Below, in pieces: positions 21,250-35,888 of a stretch of 64,000 bases of DNA. Location of the stretch: the NCBI GenBank assembly GCA_043228905.1, contig JBHGNT010000014.1, positions 1,984,001 through 2,048,000 of the forward strand, read 5' to 3'. Below the pieces are notes generated by a model. It saw nothing but the letters and a program-made list of their open reading frames with translations, was not told the origin of the DNA and ran no database searches. Positions within the stretch are counted from its first letter, which is position 1; each line of letters begins with the position of its first letter. A program made the position numbers and the translations under genes. This DNA comes from Azolla caroliniana (lineage: Eukaryota > Plantae > Polypodiophyta).

Positions 21250-22880
21250 GGTTGGTGCACGTAGATTTCTTCCTCTAAATCTCCATGCAAAAAGGCAGAC
21301 TTGGCATCTAACTACTCAACTTCCAAATCCATGTTGGCTGCTACACTCAACACCAATCATATCAACGTCATATTTACTACCGGGGCAAATATTTCTTTGA
21401 AATCCACACCCTTCTTCTACTGAAAACCTTTCACAATGATTTGGGCTTTGTATTTGGGTGGATTCCCACTTTCTCCCGACTTCAATTTGTATACCCATTT
21501 GTTCCAGAGTGCCTTATTTCCTTTCGGCAGATCGGTCAGTTCATAGGTATGGTTCTCATGTAGGGAATCCATCTCTTCTTGCATGGCACTCAACCACTTT
21601 CGGTTGTGGGTATCCCTCTTTGCTTCCTCGAAGCTTTCTGGCTCCCCCTCATCGGTTAACAATATGTATTCACTATCGGGAAATCTCTAGGGGCCCGGGC
21701 CTTCTTTGTCTCAGAGGGTATCTTCTACCTCCATTTGATGCAGTCGGCTCTTGTTCAACCTCTTCAATCGGCTCTTTGTACGAGTCGGATTCAGATCCTC
21801 GTTCGACTGACTGTCTTCTTTCGACTGGTTCCCCTTGTTCCTTAGTCAGCTCTCGAATTTATTGATTATCTACTTGGCCGACTGGCTCGTATCCATCTTC
21901 GGCCGGATCGACTTCTGTTTGATTCGGCCGATCATTAACTTGGCTTGAATCAGTAGTTGGAGGCCTATTTTTAGTCGACTAGGAGGTCGACCCTATCTTC
22001 TCCATCTCCCAGTTGGCAATTGTCTTTTCTTCTATGAAGACGATATTCGTTCTTAATCACCTTCTTGTCGATTAGGTCCCACAAGCGATACCTGAATTCA
22101 TCTACACTGTAGGCGAGAAATAGACACAATCAACTCTTGGGATCAAGTTTCCCCCTTTGGTCCTTAGCTACATGCAATAGGCCAGGCAGCCGAACACCCT
22201 CAGATGCCAGACCACACCCTTTGTGGTATGTCACCTTCGAATGATACTGAGGGAGACCTATTTATAATGTAAACGGTCGTCATCAATGCCTTGGCCTAGT
22301 ATATCTTTAGCAATTTTGCATTTGCCAACATACTTTGGACTCTTTCCATGATAGTTTGGTTCGTTCTTTCGGCTACCCTGTTCAACTCCGGCGTCTTCAA
22401 CACTGTGTACTCTAGCCGGATACCTTGCGATCTGTAGTACACTTGGAACTGCCCCGTGTATTTGCCTCCATTATCAGTCCGGACCACTTTCAGATTTTGT
22501 GCAAATTCCCTTTTCGTTTGAGCCTAGAACTCCTTGAACACGCTCAATACTTGATCCTTCGTCTTCAACACGTAAGCCCACAACTTACGACTATGATCGT
22601 CAATGAAGGTAACAAAGTACTGTCCACCGGAATGAGACCTTGCATCTACATAGCATACATCGGTGTGTACGAATTCCAAGGCAATTTTCCTCCGCATCGG
22701 GGGCCTTGGTCGAAAGGCGGCTCTATTTTATTTGCCAGCCAGGTAGTCGACACATTTGTCCAAATGCACATTTTTCATCTCTGACAGTATATCTTTCTCA
22801 TCCAACATCTGCATCCCCTTTTGACTCATATTTCACAACCTCGTGTGCCACAACTTGCTGGCTATATCGGTTGCCACATT
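21250..22880 (-). mobile_element. Degraded Ty1/copia (family C-like) integrase-RT fragment
   Basis: VRTDNGGKY...PELNRVAERTNQTIMERV and EPESFEEAK...KWVYKLK; homologous to 45450-47000. Confidence 0.88.
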
Positions 22881-24700
22881 GTCGTGGAGGATTCTAGCTA
22901 CTAGGAGAAACCTCACTAACCACGCATGAACAGGGGTATGCACGGATGCACACAAAATAGTCTTTGTGTACTAACATATGTGAGAATATACATGTTGTTG
23001 AGTACTAGGTAGGGTGTGAAGGGGGGGGGGGGGGGAGGGGAACGTTGCTGGTTTGCGCTCTCTGCTTCAAGTTTCTGCCATTCTTGTTGCCATGCTAGGA
23101 TGCCTCTATTTCGCGTTGGAAGCCCGTGTGCTCCCCATCATAGGTCCACTAGAGTCTTGGGCTGTGGATGCGTCAAGAGCACGAAGCTCTATTACCGGCT
23201 GAGTCCGGTTGTCTTTACTCTGATGTATTGATTGATCCACTTTGGTTGTTGTACTCAATCTCTCTCTGTGTTGAGTTCACATTCTCCTTTCCTATGTTTC
23301 ATCCGTCTCACGCACATTCTCCTTTCCTATGTTTCATCCGTCTCATGCACATTCTGTGTTTCTGAGCCCGTGTGCTCACGATCTGATACCCAACATCCAG
23401 TATGGAGGCATACGTATCCAAGCCCGTGTGCTCCCATCCGGCATCCGGAGACTGCCAAACCGGGTGCTTGTTCGTGCAACGTTCTTGTGGAGTTATCCAG
23501 AAACGACCTAGACAACCATCTCTCTCTCCTCACTTCCTCACTGCCTCTTTGGTCCAAGACCCCGGTGGTCCCACCCCGAATCTTACACGTACACGCGGAC
23601 ATTGTGATATCTTTGATGAACCCGACGTGAAAGGGGCGACCAAGGAGTCCAATATGAGGGAAATCGAACATGCAGAGACGATGGCCGTGGCCGTCTACAA
23701 TCTAGTGAATGTGCGGGAGAGCGTAGGTAGCCTCGACAAGGCCATACAAACAATAGTCGGCATGGTACTAGCCAATTCAACGGGAAAGCAGTGTACATGA
23801 AAGGACACTCCGATTTACACGACGGTCGAGACGAGTCTGGCCGGAATCGGATGGGTGATCAACCAGAAGGATGAAGCCGGAACAAGATTCACCATCAAAT
23901 TCAGAGTGAAGTTTTGAGTGAGCGGCAGTGGCGATATGCCCAAGTTAAGCGCGAATTATGGGGTATCGTTTCGGCGGTCAAGGACGATAAAGATTATCTA
24001 ATCAGGACGGAGGTGATAATTTAGATGGACTGTCTCCCGATCCTAGGGATGGTTTCTGGATGCGCTACTCCGGAGTTGGCGATGCTCAAGTGGATCGTGT
24101 ACATAAAGTTCCTCAACCTAGAGATACGACGCATCTCTGGAAAGGACAACTCCATGGCCGATATGCTATCGAGAGCACGGTACAACAACGAAGACATGGT
24201 GTTGGAAGACGAGGGAGTCTGCGTGGAGTTCTTCGAGTCGGCTCAACTATCGACAAACGGACAGACCGCTCCGGTCGTGCACAGGTTCAACAAGGACAAG
24301 TACAAAGGGGAGTGGCTACTGATCAGAAAGTTCTTGAGCATGATGACGATAGATGCGACATGGATGAAGGAAGAGGCAAGTCGGATTTGGAATAAGGCCT
24401 ATTATTTCTTCTTGCGAGACGGGGTGATCTGGTGACACCCAAAGAAGCCAAAAGGCACATCATTCCGGGTGGTGACAAAGGAAGAAGACCGGTTGGTACT
24501 ACTATCGGGGTTCCATGAGAGTCCCTGGTCCGGACATCGGGGCACATGGGCCACATTCTAGAAACTAAAGGAGAAGTATTGGTGCCCAAGGATGTATAGG
24601 GACATCCACCAGTTCATGTCGACGTGTGAAAGTTGCCAAGTACAATCCGTAATCTATCATCACGACGAGCTGCACCCAACCTACCCGCCAACCATACAGA
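22880..24700 (+). mobile_element. Degraded Ty3/gypsy fragment (LTR-like segment, RNaseH and integrase zinc finger)
   Basis: RYAQVKRELWGIV (RNaseH), ISGKDNSMADMLSR, GHRGTWAT..KYWCPRMYRDIHQFMSTCESCQ (HHCC). Confidence 0.8.
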
Positions 24701-24711
24701 CAGTTATGAGC

Positions 24712-25345
24712 ATAGCTTTGATACCACTTTGTTGCATATGGGATCGTCCACAATCGATTCTCAAGCACAAATGAGAATGACAGAAAAAAAAAACTGAAAT
24801 AATAGAAAAATGCATTAACACAGAGACATAATAAATTAACATGGAAACCCTAAAATGGGAAAAACTACGTCAGTCCACAAACTCCAAATAGAATCACTAT
24901 GGTGGGAATACAACAAGAAGCTTCAAGGCAATGACCTTCAGCTCTTCTTCGTCCACAGATAGCTATAGAGTTACTCACACACTCTCTTACTCTCTCTCCC
25001 CTTCTAGTTACCGAGGCAACTCCACACTATAACTTTTTTAGAATGATTCATCATTCTCATACGTAACTACTTGCCCTAACTATATTTATACTCATATACA
25101 CAATATGAGCTATTTACAAATATAGCCCACTAAGGGTGCATTGAAGCAATTTATAATTATAGCCCTAAGTTGGCTTCAACCAATTCGGCTATTAGCCAAA
25201 TCGATTATTACCCGATTTTTGGCCTCAACCGAATCGGGAATTGGTCAATTTTTCAGCCTCGGCCAAGTCGTTGTTGATCGATTCGGCTTACTCCTTTCAC
25301 CGACTTGCATTCTCCTTCCTATCTAGAGGACCTGTTTCCTAACAT
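24712..25345 (-). mobile_element. LTR with adjacent PBS-like sequence
   Basis: TGGTATCAAAGC (minus) at about 24715-24726, next to sequence homologous to 20165-20448; the distal end resembles the family-C LTR start (TGTTAGGAAACAGGTCCTC). Confidence 0.6.
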
Positions 25346-25449
25346 TCTCCTTAAGATCTTGGTTGGTGTTCTTGCCCTCCACATGTGAATGCTCCATACC
25401 TTATATTCTTCTAGTGTTCAATAGCTTGAATTCTAAAAACACTATCACA

Positions 25450-25940
25450 CTATGCATGAGGTAGAGTTTGCAAACTATATTTTCAACCTGGCTATATATT
25501 CTTTATTCAATCTTCCATGCATGAGGAAGAGTTCATGAACTAGAGCTACATATTAAGAAGAGATTCCAATATCACTACTAACATGTTAAACTATGCATGA
25601 GGTAGAGTTTGCAAACTATATTTTCAACCTGGCTATATATTCTTTATTCAATCTTCCATGCATGAGGAAGAGTTCATGAACTAGAGCTATGTATTAATAA
25701 GAGATTCCAATATCACTACTAGCATGTTAAACAATGGTTATGTTCTCAATCTTATATGCAGGAGCTAGAGTTTGTGAACTAGATTGTCAACTTGGTTGTG
25801 TATCAACAATAGATTCCAATATCACTATTGGAATGTACCTTAAATATAGTTTGTAAACTATATTTTGAACTTGACTACTACTAGATATTCTTTATTCGAT
25901 TTGCCATGAACGAGGAAGAGTTTGTGAACTATATTTTTAA
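25450..25940. repeat. About 140-bp near-exact tandem duplication plus degenerate copies
   Basis: ctatgcatgaggtagagtttgcaaac...catgttaaa at 25450 and 25591. Confidence 0.85.
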
Positions 25941-26099
25941 TTTGGTTATGTATGAACATTTCAAACATGGCATGAATTGCGTGAAATGTTTTTTCTTTAT
26001 CAAGTAGTCTATTGAAGGGGATTTTCCATATATATAACTAATGATTTTCTAACTACATGTGTTTTTGCTATGTATATGATATCTCACCATAACATTTTT

Positions 26100-26958
26100 G
26101 CTGTAAAATAAAAATTTCCATGAATATGGTGCCTATAAGAATTGCAACTACGATTTAGAATCGATTGAACATTGCTTGCGGTCCTGCATGTACACAAATA
26201 TAATTTGGGAAAGAATTATACACATTTTGGCGGCATGCGGTATTGAAGGTTCGATTTCATTTGGTTATGCTATATGGTAGTCTCTGCAAAAGAATGCGTG
26301 GATGTCTGGAGCGTCAGACTCCTCCTTAGTCCTCATACTGCACAGAACCCACTAGACATGGACAATGATTGGATGTACACAAATTTGGTGATCACGAAAT
26401 CTGCAAAACACATGGTCAATTGTGGCATCAATTGGAATGTGGAACATTCGGAAATACAGATGTCTCAAATGGTACTCAGGGGAAACACAATCAATTGAAG
26501 ATGCCATCACACCTATATGGACTAATCTAGTGGTATCCTTACATGCACAATTTGAAAACCTACAAGGAAATTTTGAGTCTCAAGAGGGTGCCTGAGCACA
26601 ATTTATCTCACACTGGGCAAGTACACCATTGATGGACTTCATGTGAGGACATCTGAGCTGGGTCAACCCCTGGCCAACAAATCACTTGTATTACTTTCGA
26701 TGATATCAATGCCTTGCTGCGTTTAGAAGCTTACTAGTTGTGTCTTGATGCTCGTTGAAAAATAATAGGTTTTGTCAGGCAGCCGTTTGTTGCTATGTGG
26801 ACAGTGATTCCCCCACCTTTTCGTACCTAAGGTGTCACACAATGATAGACAAATATATATGAAAGTGACCTGTAGAGTATCTATAGATACTTAGCCTGAT
26901 TCATATACATGATGAACTAATGGGAAGCAGTTTTTGCTTGGAATAAAAAAAATAAAAA
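26100..26958 (+). mobile_element. 5'-truncated, degraded LINE 3' end (zf-RVT region and A-rich tail)
   Basis: Frame reads KNCNYDLESIEHCLRSC..IIWERI...WSIVASIGMWNIRKYRC with stops, resembling the LINE ORF2 CCHC C-terminus; AATAAAAAAAATAAAAA at about 26942. Confidence 0.7.
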
Positions 26959-27530
26959 CATCCATGAACAGATTTGTCCCAATATAGTACACTAAACTTT
27001 AGTTTCAAACTTTTGATTTGCAAGTCTAGCTCCATGAATTCATCCATGCTGGTTGTAAATACTATTTGGAGGTGTATTGGTTTATGGAGATTTTTTTTAA
27101 GAAAAGAAACAAAAACTATATTAAATCAAGAGTTTAAGTTTCCTTTTTTCTTGCTACTTTACTTTTCTAACAATACAGGATTTCTGTTTTCATTGGTATT
27201 ACATGTACAAACAAGAGACAAATGATTGCATCATATCATGCTTTATACACAATGTCTCGTTTATTTAGTTTGTTAATTACATTAGAAAGTAACATGTAAT
27301 ATTGTATAAAACTTTCTACAACATTCCGAAAGCATGAGAATGCAAGTTGTGAATCGTGATACTACAACGCGTATTAATTCATTAGAGCATAAAAGGTTCT
27401 TAGGAGGCAACATGAGTGTATGAAAGTAAAGTGGAAGAGAGAATGCAAGTATGATAACTAATTTGATTTGTCTTTCAAAAGCTTAAAAATGATACGCTAG
27501 GATTAAGGGATAGATCTCCATGAATAGGAC

Positions 27531-28194
27531 TAGCGATGGGCCCGGTTCGGTTCGGTTTCTTGGCCTTGAAACCAAACCAAACCAAACCATTTATTAATAA
27601 TAATAACCAAACCAAACTGTTTTAAAATTTATGAAGCCATTTAAACCGAACCGTTTAGAGACGAACGGTTAAACCAAATCGTTTAAAGAATAGGAGAAAC
27701 CAAACCGTTTACGAAAAATTTAAAACCAAACCAAACCAATTTATCATAAATCAAAACTAAAGTAAACCAAACCATTTTTTATTGATATTAATCATCATAC
27801 TTATGTATCATAAATTTGGTCATCACACTAATCCTAAATTTGATCATTAAACTTATCATAAATTTGATCATCATACTTATCATAATTGATCATCATAAAT
27901 GAAAAGGAGACTCTACATATAATACATATAAAATTTAATAAGTTAAAACAAGGGTTTAAAATTAAAAGTTGAAAGTTAGAGCCTATAAAGAATATTTATG
28001 AGTATTTTTTAACCTTTAAACCGAATCACATTAACAGAAACCAATAAGCTGCTAAACCGGTCAATTCAAAATCGAACCGAAACCGATTAGTAACATGTGA
28101 AACCAAACCAAACCGTTTATTTATCTTTGAACCTATAACCCGTTAAGCCGTACTCGGTTCGGTTCGGTTCGAGCCGAAACTGGCCCCATTGCTA
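27531..28194. mobile_element. Non-autonomous hAT-type MITE, 664 bp
   Basis: Imperfect TIRs TAGCGATGGG.. / ..CCCCATTGCTA; 8-bp TSD AATAGGAC (27523-27530, 28195-28202); subterminal AAACC(G/A) repeats. Confidence 0.9.
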
Positions 28195-29349
28195 AATAGG
28201 ACTTCGTTTTTCATTTTCTAATTGCAAAATGCTATACATTATTGCTAACAATACGCAACCACATCATTTTTTTTGTATAAAAATGTTTTTTAATCAAACT
28301 CTCCCTCCCTCCCTCCCTCCCTCCCTCTCTCTACTCTTAAGAGGAATACATGATTATATGATTTAGACAAGATAGGAACTTTGAAACAAGATACGAATGC
28401 GCCTCCAAGCGTGTAAGATGCATAAGTATTCTCTTCCCAAACCATGGTTTTGTCTTCTTTATCTAACAAAACAATGTCTTTGAAACAACATATTTTTCTC
28501 TTCACCTATATAGTATATTCTTACTTATATACGATTATGACCTTTTATTTCAACGACTCTACATATCTCAATTGCAACTAAAATGTCATCCTTTTCTCAT
28601 TTGAAGGCAAACGTTGGTCCACATCATTATAGTGATTCCACCATAATATTTCAACAAAGTGCATGAAAGATGTCATACTTGTTTCTTTCCAAATGCAACT
28701 ATGCATGAGATGACATGCTCTCAATCCAACAAGGCAGGTTTAATCTAGCTAGACTCTTATATATTTGAGCCATTGCTTCTACAATTGTTTTCTACATCTA
28801 AGACTCATTTTGGGCCATAAGTTGATGTGCAAAACCATGTAATTTGTTGACCATAAATACATTATGTTTGCGTGTTCAAGAAGCATGCTTTTCAATATTA
28901 CATAAGGTCTATTTACAATTCTTGATTTTCAACTTCTTCCTTTAACTTTTTTATTTGTGTACCCTCTTAGATATAACCGATTATAGACACTCACTCTCTA
29001 TTTCATGTGGGTAACTATACAACTCTCATCGCTCATATTACTGGGTATGAGGCACTATGGAACTTGTTGCAAATCTCAAGCTTTAGAAAACACAATATGC
29101 TCAAGGTAGTTTTTCATGCACCTAAGAAACTTTGTGTAAAACCACCCAAAGAGTTTTGAAAGGTAATGGATAACGAACCATTGCGAATGTGGCATCAACA
29201 ACTCTCAACTGTTATGGCCTTAGTGTGTACACAATATAGGATCTTTAACTTGCGACAAGGCCATATATGCGAGCTCGATGTGAACAAGCATTGCACAACA
29301 CAGGCCGAGCAACCCACACTTTTATCCACCATGTGTAAATGATTAAATA

Positions 29350-29770
29350 AATGAGTGGTGGGTAAACCGAGCATTGCACAACACGGGGTGAGCATCCCAA
29401 AAACACGAGAATGTGAATAGTTGAGACCCAAGCATCGATCATCTCTAAAATCAGCCCGACTCGATCCGGTAGCAATTGATAAAGATGGCATCGTTTACAC
29501 CAATGATTTGGTGGGTAAACAGAGTATATATATATATATATATATATCCATGGGGCGAGAGCGATCTGAATGCGTGAGGATGTGAATAGGTCAGACTAGA
29601 GTGTCGATTGTCGATTGTCTCTAGAATCATTCGGAGTGGATGCGCGATAACTAACTGAACAGATGGTACCGATTACAAGAATTATTGGTGGGTAAACCAA
29701 GTATATATATATATATATATATATCACACTACGAGGCGAGCGATCCGAATACATGATCAAATGTGAACAC
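29350..29770. repeat. Three degenerate modules of about 150-180 bp (GGTGGGTAAAC..(TA)n..GAGCGATC..TGTGAA) upstream of the CML gene
   Basis: ggtgggtaaac at about 29357, 29510 and 29687 with similar downstream sequence. Confidence 0.6.
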
Positions 29771-30014
29771 GAAACGCGTGAAGTTGGAGTCGGTGAGCCT
29801 CGAGAGAGCCCGGATTCAGCCTCATCATCATCACATGATAATGAGATGACAACATAAGATTAGATTAGATAACACTTTTTGACTCCCTCCTTTCAGAAAG
29901 GGCCATGAAAAACCCAAAGAAAGAATAATTCTTCTCCATAGCCCCCCTGTTTTTTTTTCCCCCCTGTTTTGTCTTTGTGTTGTTTGTTAGTTTGCTTCAT
30001 TCTTCTTTGCTGCC

Positions 30015-30818
30015 ATGGCTTGTCCTCTTTGCTTACCGATTCATGGAGGCTATGAGGAGGATCATGACCAAGAAGGCGATGAAGGAATCAAGAGATTGAA
30101 TGAAGAAGAGAAGCAGATGCAGAGATTGAATGGAGATGGAGATGATGGTGATGGTGATGGTGATGGTGATGGGCATCTCAAGGAGGTGTTTGATGCCTTC
30201 GATGTAAACAGAGATGGAATTGTGACGGTCGAGGAGCTCTGCGAGTGGATGGAGCGGCTCGGCCTCCACATCACAGAAGATGGCATGAGAGACATGGTGA
30301 AGAAAACATGTGGCCACGAAGGCGGCCGCCTGCGGTTCGAAGAGTTCCGGACTTTCGCCGACACCCTACAGTCTGAAAAGGCCCGTCTCCCTCGGACAAA
30401 TCTTCGATACGATGATAATGATAATGATAATGATGATGATGGCACCACGGATCGAACATATCCGAAGGAGAAGATTGAACCAACCAATCATGCTTCGACT
30501 GATGGCAGTAAAAAGATCGATAAAGATGTTAAAAGGAAAGATTATGGTGTCATTATCAATGAAGATGGAGATAAAAGTCAAGATCAAGATGATGATGAAG
30601 ATGATGAAGATATCCGAGAGGCTTTCCGAGTGTTCGATAAGAATGGGGATGGTCTCATCTCGCCTTCTGATCTTAGATCCACACTCTCGGGTCTTGGAAT
30701 GCTTTCGTCTTCCACGAGCTTCCGTCGCATCCATAGCATGATCCGAAGAGTGGACACCGACCACGATGGCTATGTGAGCCTACCAGAGTTCAAATCCATG
30801 ATCAAGAACAACAAATAG
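30015..30818 (+). CDS. Calmodulin-like (CML) EF-hand calcium-binding protein, intronless, 267 aa
   Basis: EF loops DVNRDGIVTVEE, degenerate GHEGGRLRFEEF, DKNGDGLISPSD and DTDHDGYVSLPE; long acidic linker. Confidence 0.93.
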   Translation: MACPLCLPIHGGYEEDHDQEGDEGIKRLNEEEKQMQRLNGDGDDGDGDGDGDGHLKEVFDAFDVNRDGIVTVEELCEWMERLGLHITEDGMRDMVKKTCGHEGGRLRFEEFRTFADTLQSEKARLPRTNLRYDDNDNDNDDDGTTDRTYPKEKIEPTNHASTDGSKKIDKDVKRKDYGVIINEDGDKSQDQDDDEDDEDIREAFRVFDKNGDGLISPSDLRSTLSGLGMLSSSTSFRRIHSMIRRVDTDHDGYVSLPEFKSMIKNNK

Positions 30819-31479
30819 GGTAACTTTTATTGCTCCATTTATGTATACCCTTCTCTCGTTTAGTTCTCCGAAATTCTGTCTTTGTCTTTGTCTTTGTCTT
30901 TGCTTTGTTCCATGGGGGATGTTGAAATTTTAATTTGAACCGAAAAAATGAATTGTTTTCAGTACTCTTGATCCTTCCATGTTTTTTTGGATCCTCGATT
31001 TGGGTTGTTTTTTTTTTTTGTCTTGTTTTCTTTTTCGCATGGTTGTTAATGTAATTCAATTTGCTGATTCGGGAACCTTTGTGATCCCTCTTAGGTCTCG
31101 TCTTGTGTCATCGATCCGATTGAGCCGTGCAACTAATAGATAAACTTAGATGGAAATGGAATTCGCCGAGTCTTCATCCTCATAGGTACTTTTTGATGAA
31201 CACAAAAGTCTCATATTCGTTGATCGATTGAGCCCTTGCTCTGTATATATACATCTGATGTACCATCATCACATGGATAATTTGACACTAATGGGTGTAA
31301 ATATGACCAATATGGGAGATCAATGTTATAGATGTATCACATCGCATTGAGCCAATAAAATGGAAGTTACTTTTTTTGTTTTTCTATCATGTTCATCCCC
31401 ATACTTTCAAAATTTATCCATTGAATGGGTTGTTTGGAGAGAACTGATTTTACATAATTGCGCTGAATCTGTATGAAAA

Positions 31480-31942
31480 ATTAATACAAAGCAAACAAAA
31501 TTTATTTTTGGCTATAAACTTTTAACCAAAATTGACATGATTATGTTGAATCTAGAACTTTAATCAATATAAAGCAAAAAAAATTTATTTTTGATAAATA
31601 AACTATAACCAGAATTTACATGATTGTGTTGAATCTAGAAGTTTAATCAATATGAAGCAAATAAATTTTATTTCTGATTATAAACCCTAACCAGAATTTA
31701 CATGATTGTGTTGAATCTAGAAGTTTAATCAATATGGAGCAAACAAATTTTATTTCTGATTATAAAGCCTAACCAGAATTTACATGATCGTGTTGAATCT
31801 AGAAGTTTAATCAATATGAAACAAACAAAATTTATTTTTGAGAACTAAACTCTAACCAGAATTTACATGATTCTGTTGAATCTAGAAGTTTAATCAATAT
31901 GAAGCAAACAAAATTTGTCTTTGATAATAAACTGTAACCAAA
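31480..31942. repeat. About 80-bp tandem repeat, 5-6 copies
   Basis: aaccagaatttacatgattgtgttgaatctagaagtttaatcaatatgaagcaaac repeated. Confidence 0.9.
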
Positions 31943-33234
31943 CACCTCTTAGAAAACGACATGCGAGTAAAATTAGAATTTGTGTGTACTCCGCATGCTC
32001 ATATAGCGTTACAAAAATTGGGATTCCAAGGGATACCTCCAAATGTTCATATCTTATCCTTTGATATCATATTATCTATCAAGTTGCAGTAATCGAACAT
32101 AATCTATTATAGTCTAGTAATATAGGCCAATCTAACTATATTCTATCATCCATCGGAGAGTGGATCGGAAAATAAAGATACTAAACGCATAATCATGTTT
32201 GTGACTACATTGAAACCAATAAACTGAAATGTGGATATATGTTAAATACAAAAGATTTCTATATTGCTATTGAGGCAATGGATTTTACTTCGAATATCTA
32301 CCTCAAATGTTAAAAGAGTAAGCTAAGGCTGCTATTAAAGAATATCACCAAGTGTTTTGCTTTGTGATATGTTGCTTTTTAGAGTATATGAATGGTAATT
32401 TTTGCATATTGTAAAGACAATGATCCTACTAAAGAATTAGCACTATTTTCTCGATTATGTGACCACTTGTTCTACTTGGGCACCCTATTTTGCAAATTTA
32501 TCAGTTTGTTTACAAACCGGAATTTTCTTACAAGCATAAGATATGAAGGGCGAAGCAGTCATAACATATTTGGTGGTCTTAACATGTGTGCCCCATGCAT
32601 GGAAATTGTTTATCCAATATTCCATGGAAGTTGTCAAGAAAAAAATCTATGCAAGTGGGAGCTATCAATGACAAGCAAGTGGGTTGACATTATCGTGTAA
32701 GTATGGGAATAAGATTTTATCCTAGAGATTTTAAGTAATGTATGTTAGTTTAGCAATGGAGCACATTTCCAACATTAGGGCTTTTAGGACAAGGGCTAGA
32801 ACTAATGTGCACCCAAATGAGCAAGTATAGATACGACTCTAAATAAGTGACTAACCCAAGAATATTGCCTAATGTTTGCTTTACACAATAGGTTGTTAGT
32901 TCCAACCATTTAAGAGCAAAAGGCAAGTACACCTACTACTCAATCCAACAATTTAAGAGGAAAACCCAAGTACACTTCTCAAGGGACGTCGAGTCCTACA
33001 TTTGTGAATGGAAATAATATCGTACATGTTTTTTTTTTGGAAAAAAATAAAATAAAATTGTACATGTTTTAATATGATTATGAGGTATGGGGTGTAGTAT
33101 TTCAAATCTAGAGTTATTGGCCAAATGTATATAAGAAACATGTTCATGTTATAATTCGTGTTACCCTTTACGAGCTAGTTATGGGTAATGCCTAATGGGT
33201 TTGTAATGTGAAATGGCTCTTTTTAGGGTTTCCA

Positions 33235-33495
33235 ACTTGTATAAGAAGGTCAAACCTCTCACGTGAAAGAGGCCTTTGAATGCCCCATCTTTGGAACTAC
33301 TTTTTGGTCCTCATTCTCTTCCCTTCACATCTATGAAGAGAAACGTTTGTCCAATGTGGCTTTTCCACACTAATTCACTAATATATAATTGTATGCAACT
33401 TGTATGAAAAGGTCAAACCTCTCATGTAAAAGAGGCCTTTGTGTGCCCCATCTTTAGAACCACTTTGTGGTCCTCATTCTCTCCCTCCGCATCCA
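33235..33495. repeat. About 100-bp direct repeat, 2 copies
   Basis: aaggtcaaacctctca..gaggcctttg..gccccatctt..ggtcctcattctct at about 33246 and 33409. Confidence 0.75.
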
Positions 33496-35077
33496 TGGGT
33501 AAGAAAACCAAATTAGGTCAAAAAACTTCATTAATATGTATTATTTACACAAAATTACAATACATCCAAGATATATTTCCTATATATCCGAGGCAAGAAA
33601 AATGAAACGATCTCCACTAATGTGATAATTCCTCATCGAATAGCGATGAGGAATTATCACTATCTTCCTTTGAGTGATCTACCATATCTTCAATTGGATC
33701 TAGAACACTTTGGCCGATCTGTTTGTCTCACTCAACCTCAACAAGGCCTTCAGTTCCATGAATTTCCTAAAATGGAAAAGTTTAGAAGTAGAAAATGTAA
33801 TCAACAAAAACCTAAAATGATAGTTATTAGTGTTTTTAATAGTGAATTGTTTTATAATATCCACGTACCATCTGAGTTAGTGCATGAGACATCATTGTCA
33901 AAATTTTATAGCCTTTGTATGTACTATAGGCTATTTTCTGTTCATCCATCGTAGGTCATAATCTTTGATTTACAAAAAAAGGTTGCATTAGGACATCTTA
34001 TAAATTGATGTTTTTATGATGGAAAATCTCAAAATACAAATCTATGCTTATGAAATGGGCCTTGAACCCTTTTATGCTGCCTCTTCCCAAGTAGGAAACA
34101 TGGTCCATATGTATCCACACTCTAGTGGCTTCATATTTTTGGACACAAACTCATAAAATTAATGATACAATATACTAGCATATAATATACAAAGAAACTA
34201 AACCAACTAATATGATAAATGAATAATAGATGATACATACCTTTTGTTGTGGGGATTGCATATTTAAACACACTTCTTTACGTAAATCAACCCACTTGGC
34301 CTTGTGACATGATTCCCTAATTTTGCAATCCTTTTATAATACAAGTAAAAAATTATGTTAAATTGGCTGTAATTCAATTTTTTATTCTATGTACAATATA
34401 GATTCAGCAAGTGCATAGCACCATCTCCACCTCCTTGTCGTATACCACCCTTGATCTCGAGGTTGCAACACATGAATGAGACATGAACTTGGATATATCC
34501 TCTTTGAATGCTTGAGAGATGCAAAATTGCTTAGAGGAGAGGATAATATGTTGGTGTTCTTTATGTCAAGGCACGATCACTTGGTCACAAATCCAAGTTT
34601 GTCACCATGAGTATCAAAATAGAGTGTACCCAAATACACCACCACCACATCAATGAAAGGGTCAACCATGGTAAAAATATCGAGTCTTAAATTATAGTTT
34701 CATATTTATAGTTGGGTAGCTCTAGGTTAATTGACATATGACGATAATGATGATGAGGATAATATCAACGATACCTCTCATTATCATTGCATAAGAAGCT
34801 CATGATCAAGTAAAGCCCTCTAGGGAATTAGAATGAGGCCTGTTGTTCCGTACCATGCATGTTGGACACATAATACAGACATTGGAACACAATCCACTTC
34901 CTGCGACCCTTCATACATACGTTCAAAGGCAATATGGGGGATGGATCGGAGAATCATTAGCAACAACAAATCCTCAAACTCCCACTCCATATTTACCTAC
35001 ACCACATACGATAACAATTTTAGTGTGTTTATGTATGTTGTAGTGGTATATGAATAAATTATTGTGAATTTGTGTGC

Positions 35078-35120
<43 letters not shown>

Positions 35121-35888
35121 ATTGGTGAATTACGTATATACCTATGAGCATAGAATGTAATAAACGTCTTCGTGCAAGCATACAAACATTTGAAAAAGTT
35201 TGGAAACGAACATATTTGAAAATATATATTCCATTTTTTTTTTGCTTTTTTATTATTTGTTATGAGCTCACCCTAGTGGTAAGTTGTTGAGCTACTATTG
35301 CCTATGTCTTCAGTTTGAATACCAATTTTGTCCCTCCCTCTCTCTCTTTAGGGGTCATGTCATAATAAAATTTTATGCTAGTGCATGTTTTCTTCATATT
35401 CTCAAATATACGTTTTTATGAGTGTGTTTCATTATTGTGTGTGTTTGTGTAAGTGTATGATAATTTATGTGTACGTGAAATTTTGTGCTATATGGCTATT
35501 TTATGTGTATGTGTGTAATATATGGCTATGTGTGTTTAGATGTGTATGTGTCTGTGTGTGTAAACCTAACACTAATCCTATGTATGTGGGTTTTTATGCA
35601 TGTATGTGTATGATGTCTAACTTTGTGTATGTGTATGTGTGTATAATCCGAACCCTATGTATCCATACCTTTGATCTCAGCCTTCAAGGAGGAGGGTCAA
35701 CCGTTGTCACTCTACAATATGTTGATGGTGAGGGGGATCGAGTGCATGCAAAAAGGGGGATTCTGAATTTCTCTTATCTTAGATTTTAATTGAGCCCAAC
35801 TTCCAACCTCAACCGATACATAATCATTGCCTAGGGGCCTTAATTCTAGCTATAAACATGAGGCCTAGATATTAGAGACATGAACTAA

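Noticed and set aside
32000-35800. Short ORFs in AT-rich and (TA)n/(TG)n sequence
   Set aside because: No recognisable motifs or splice structure; probably decayed repeats.
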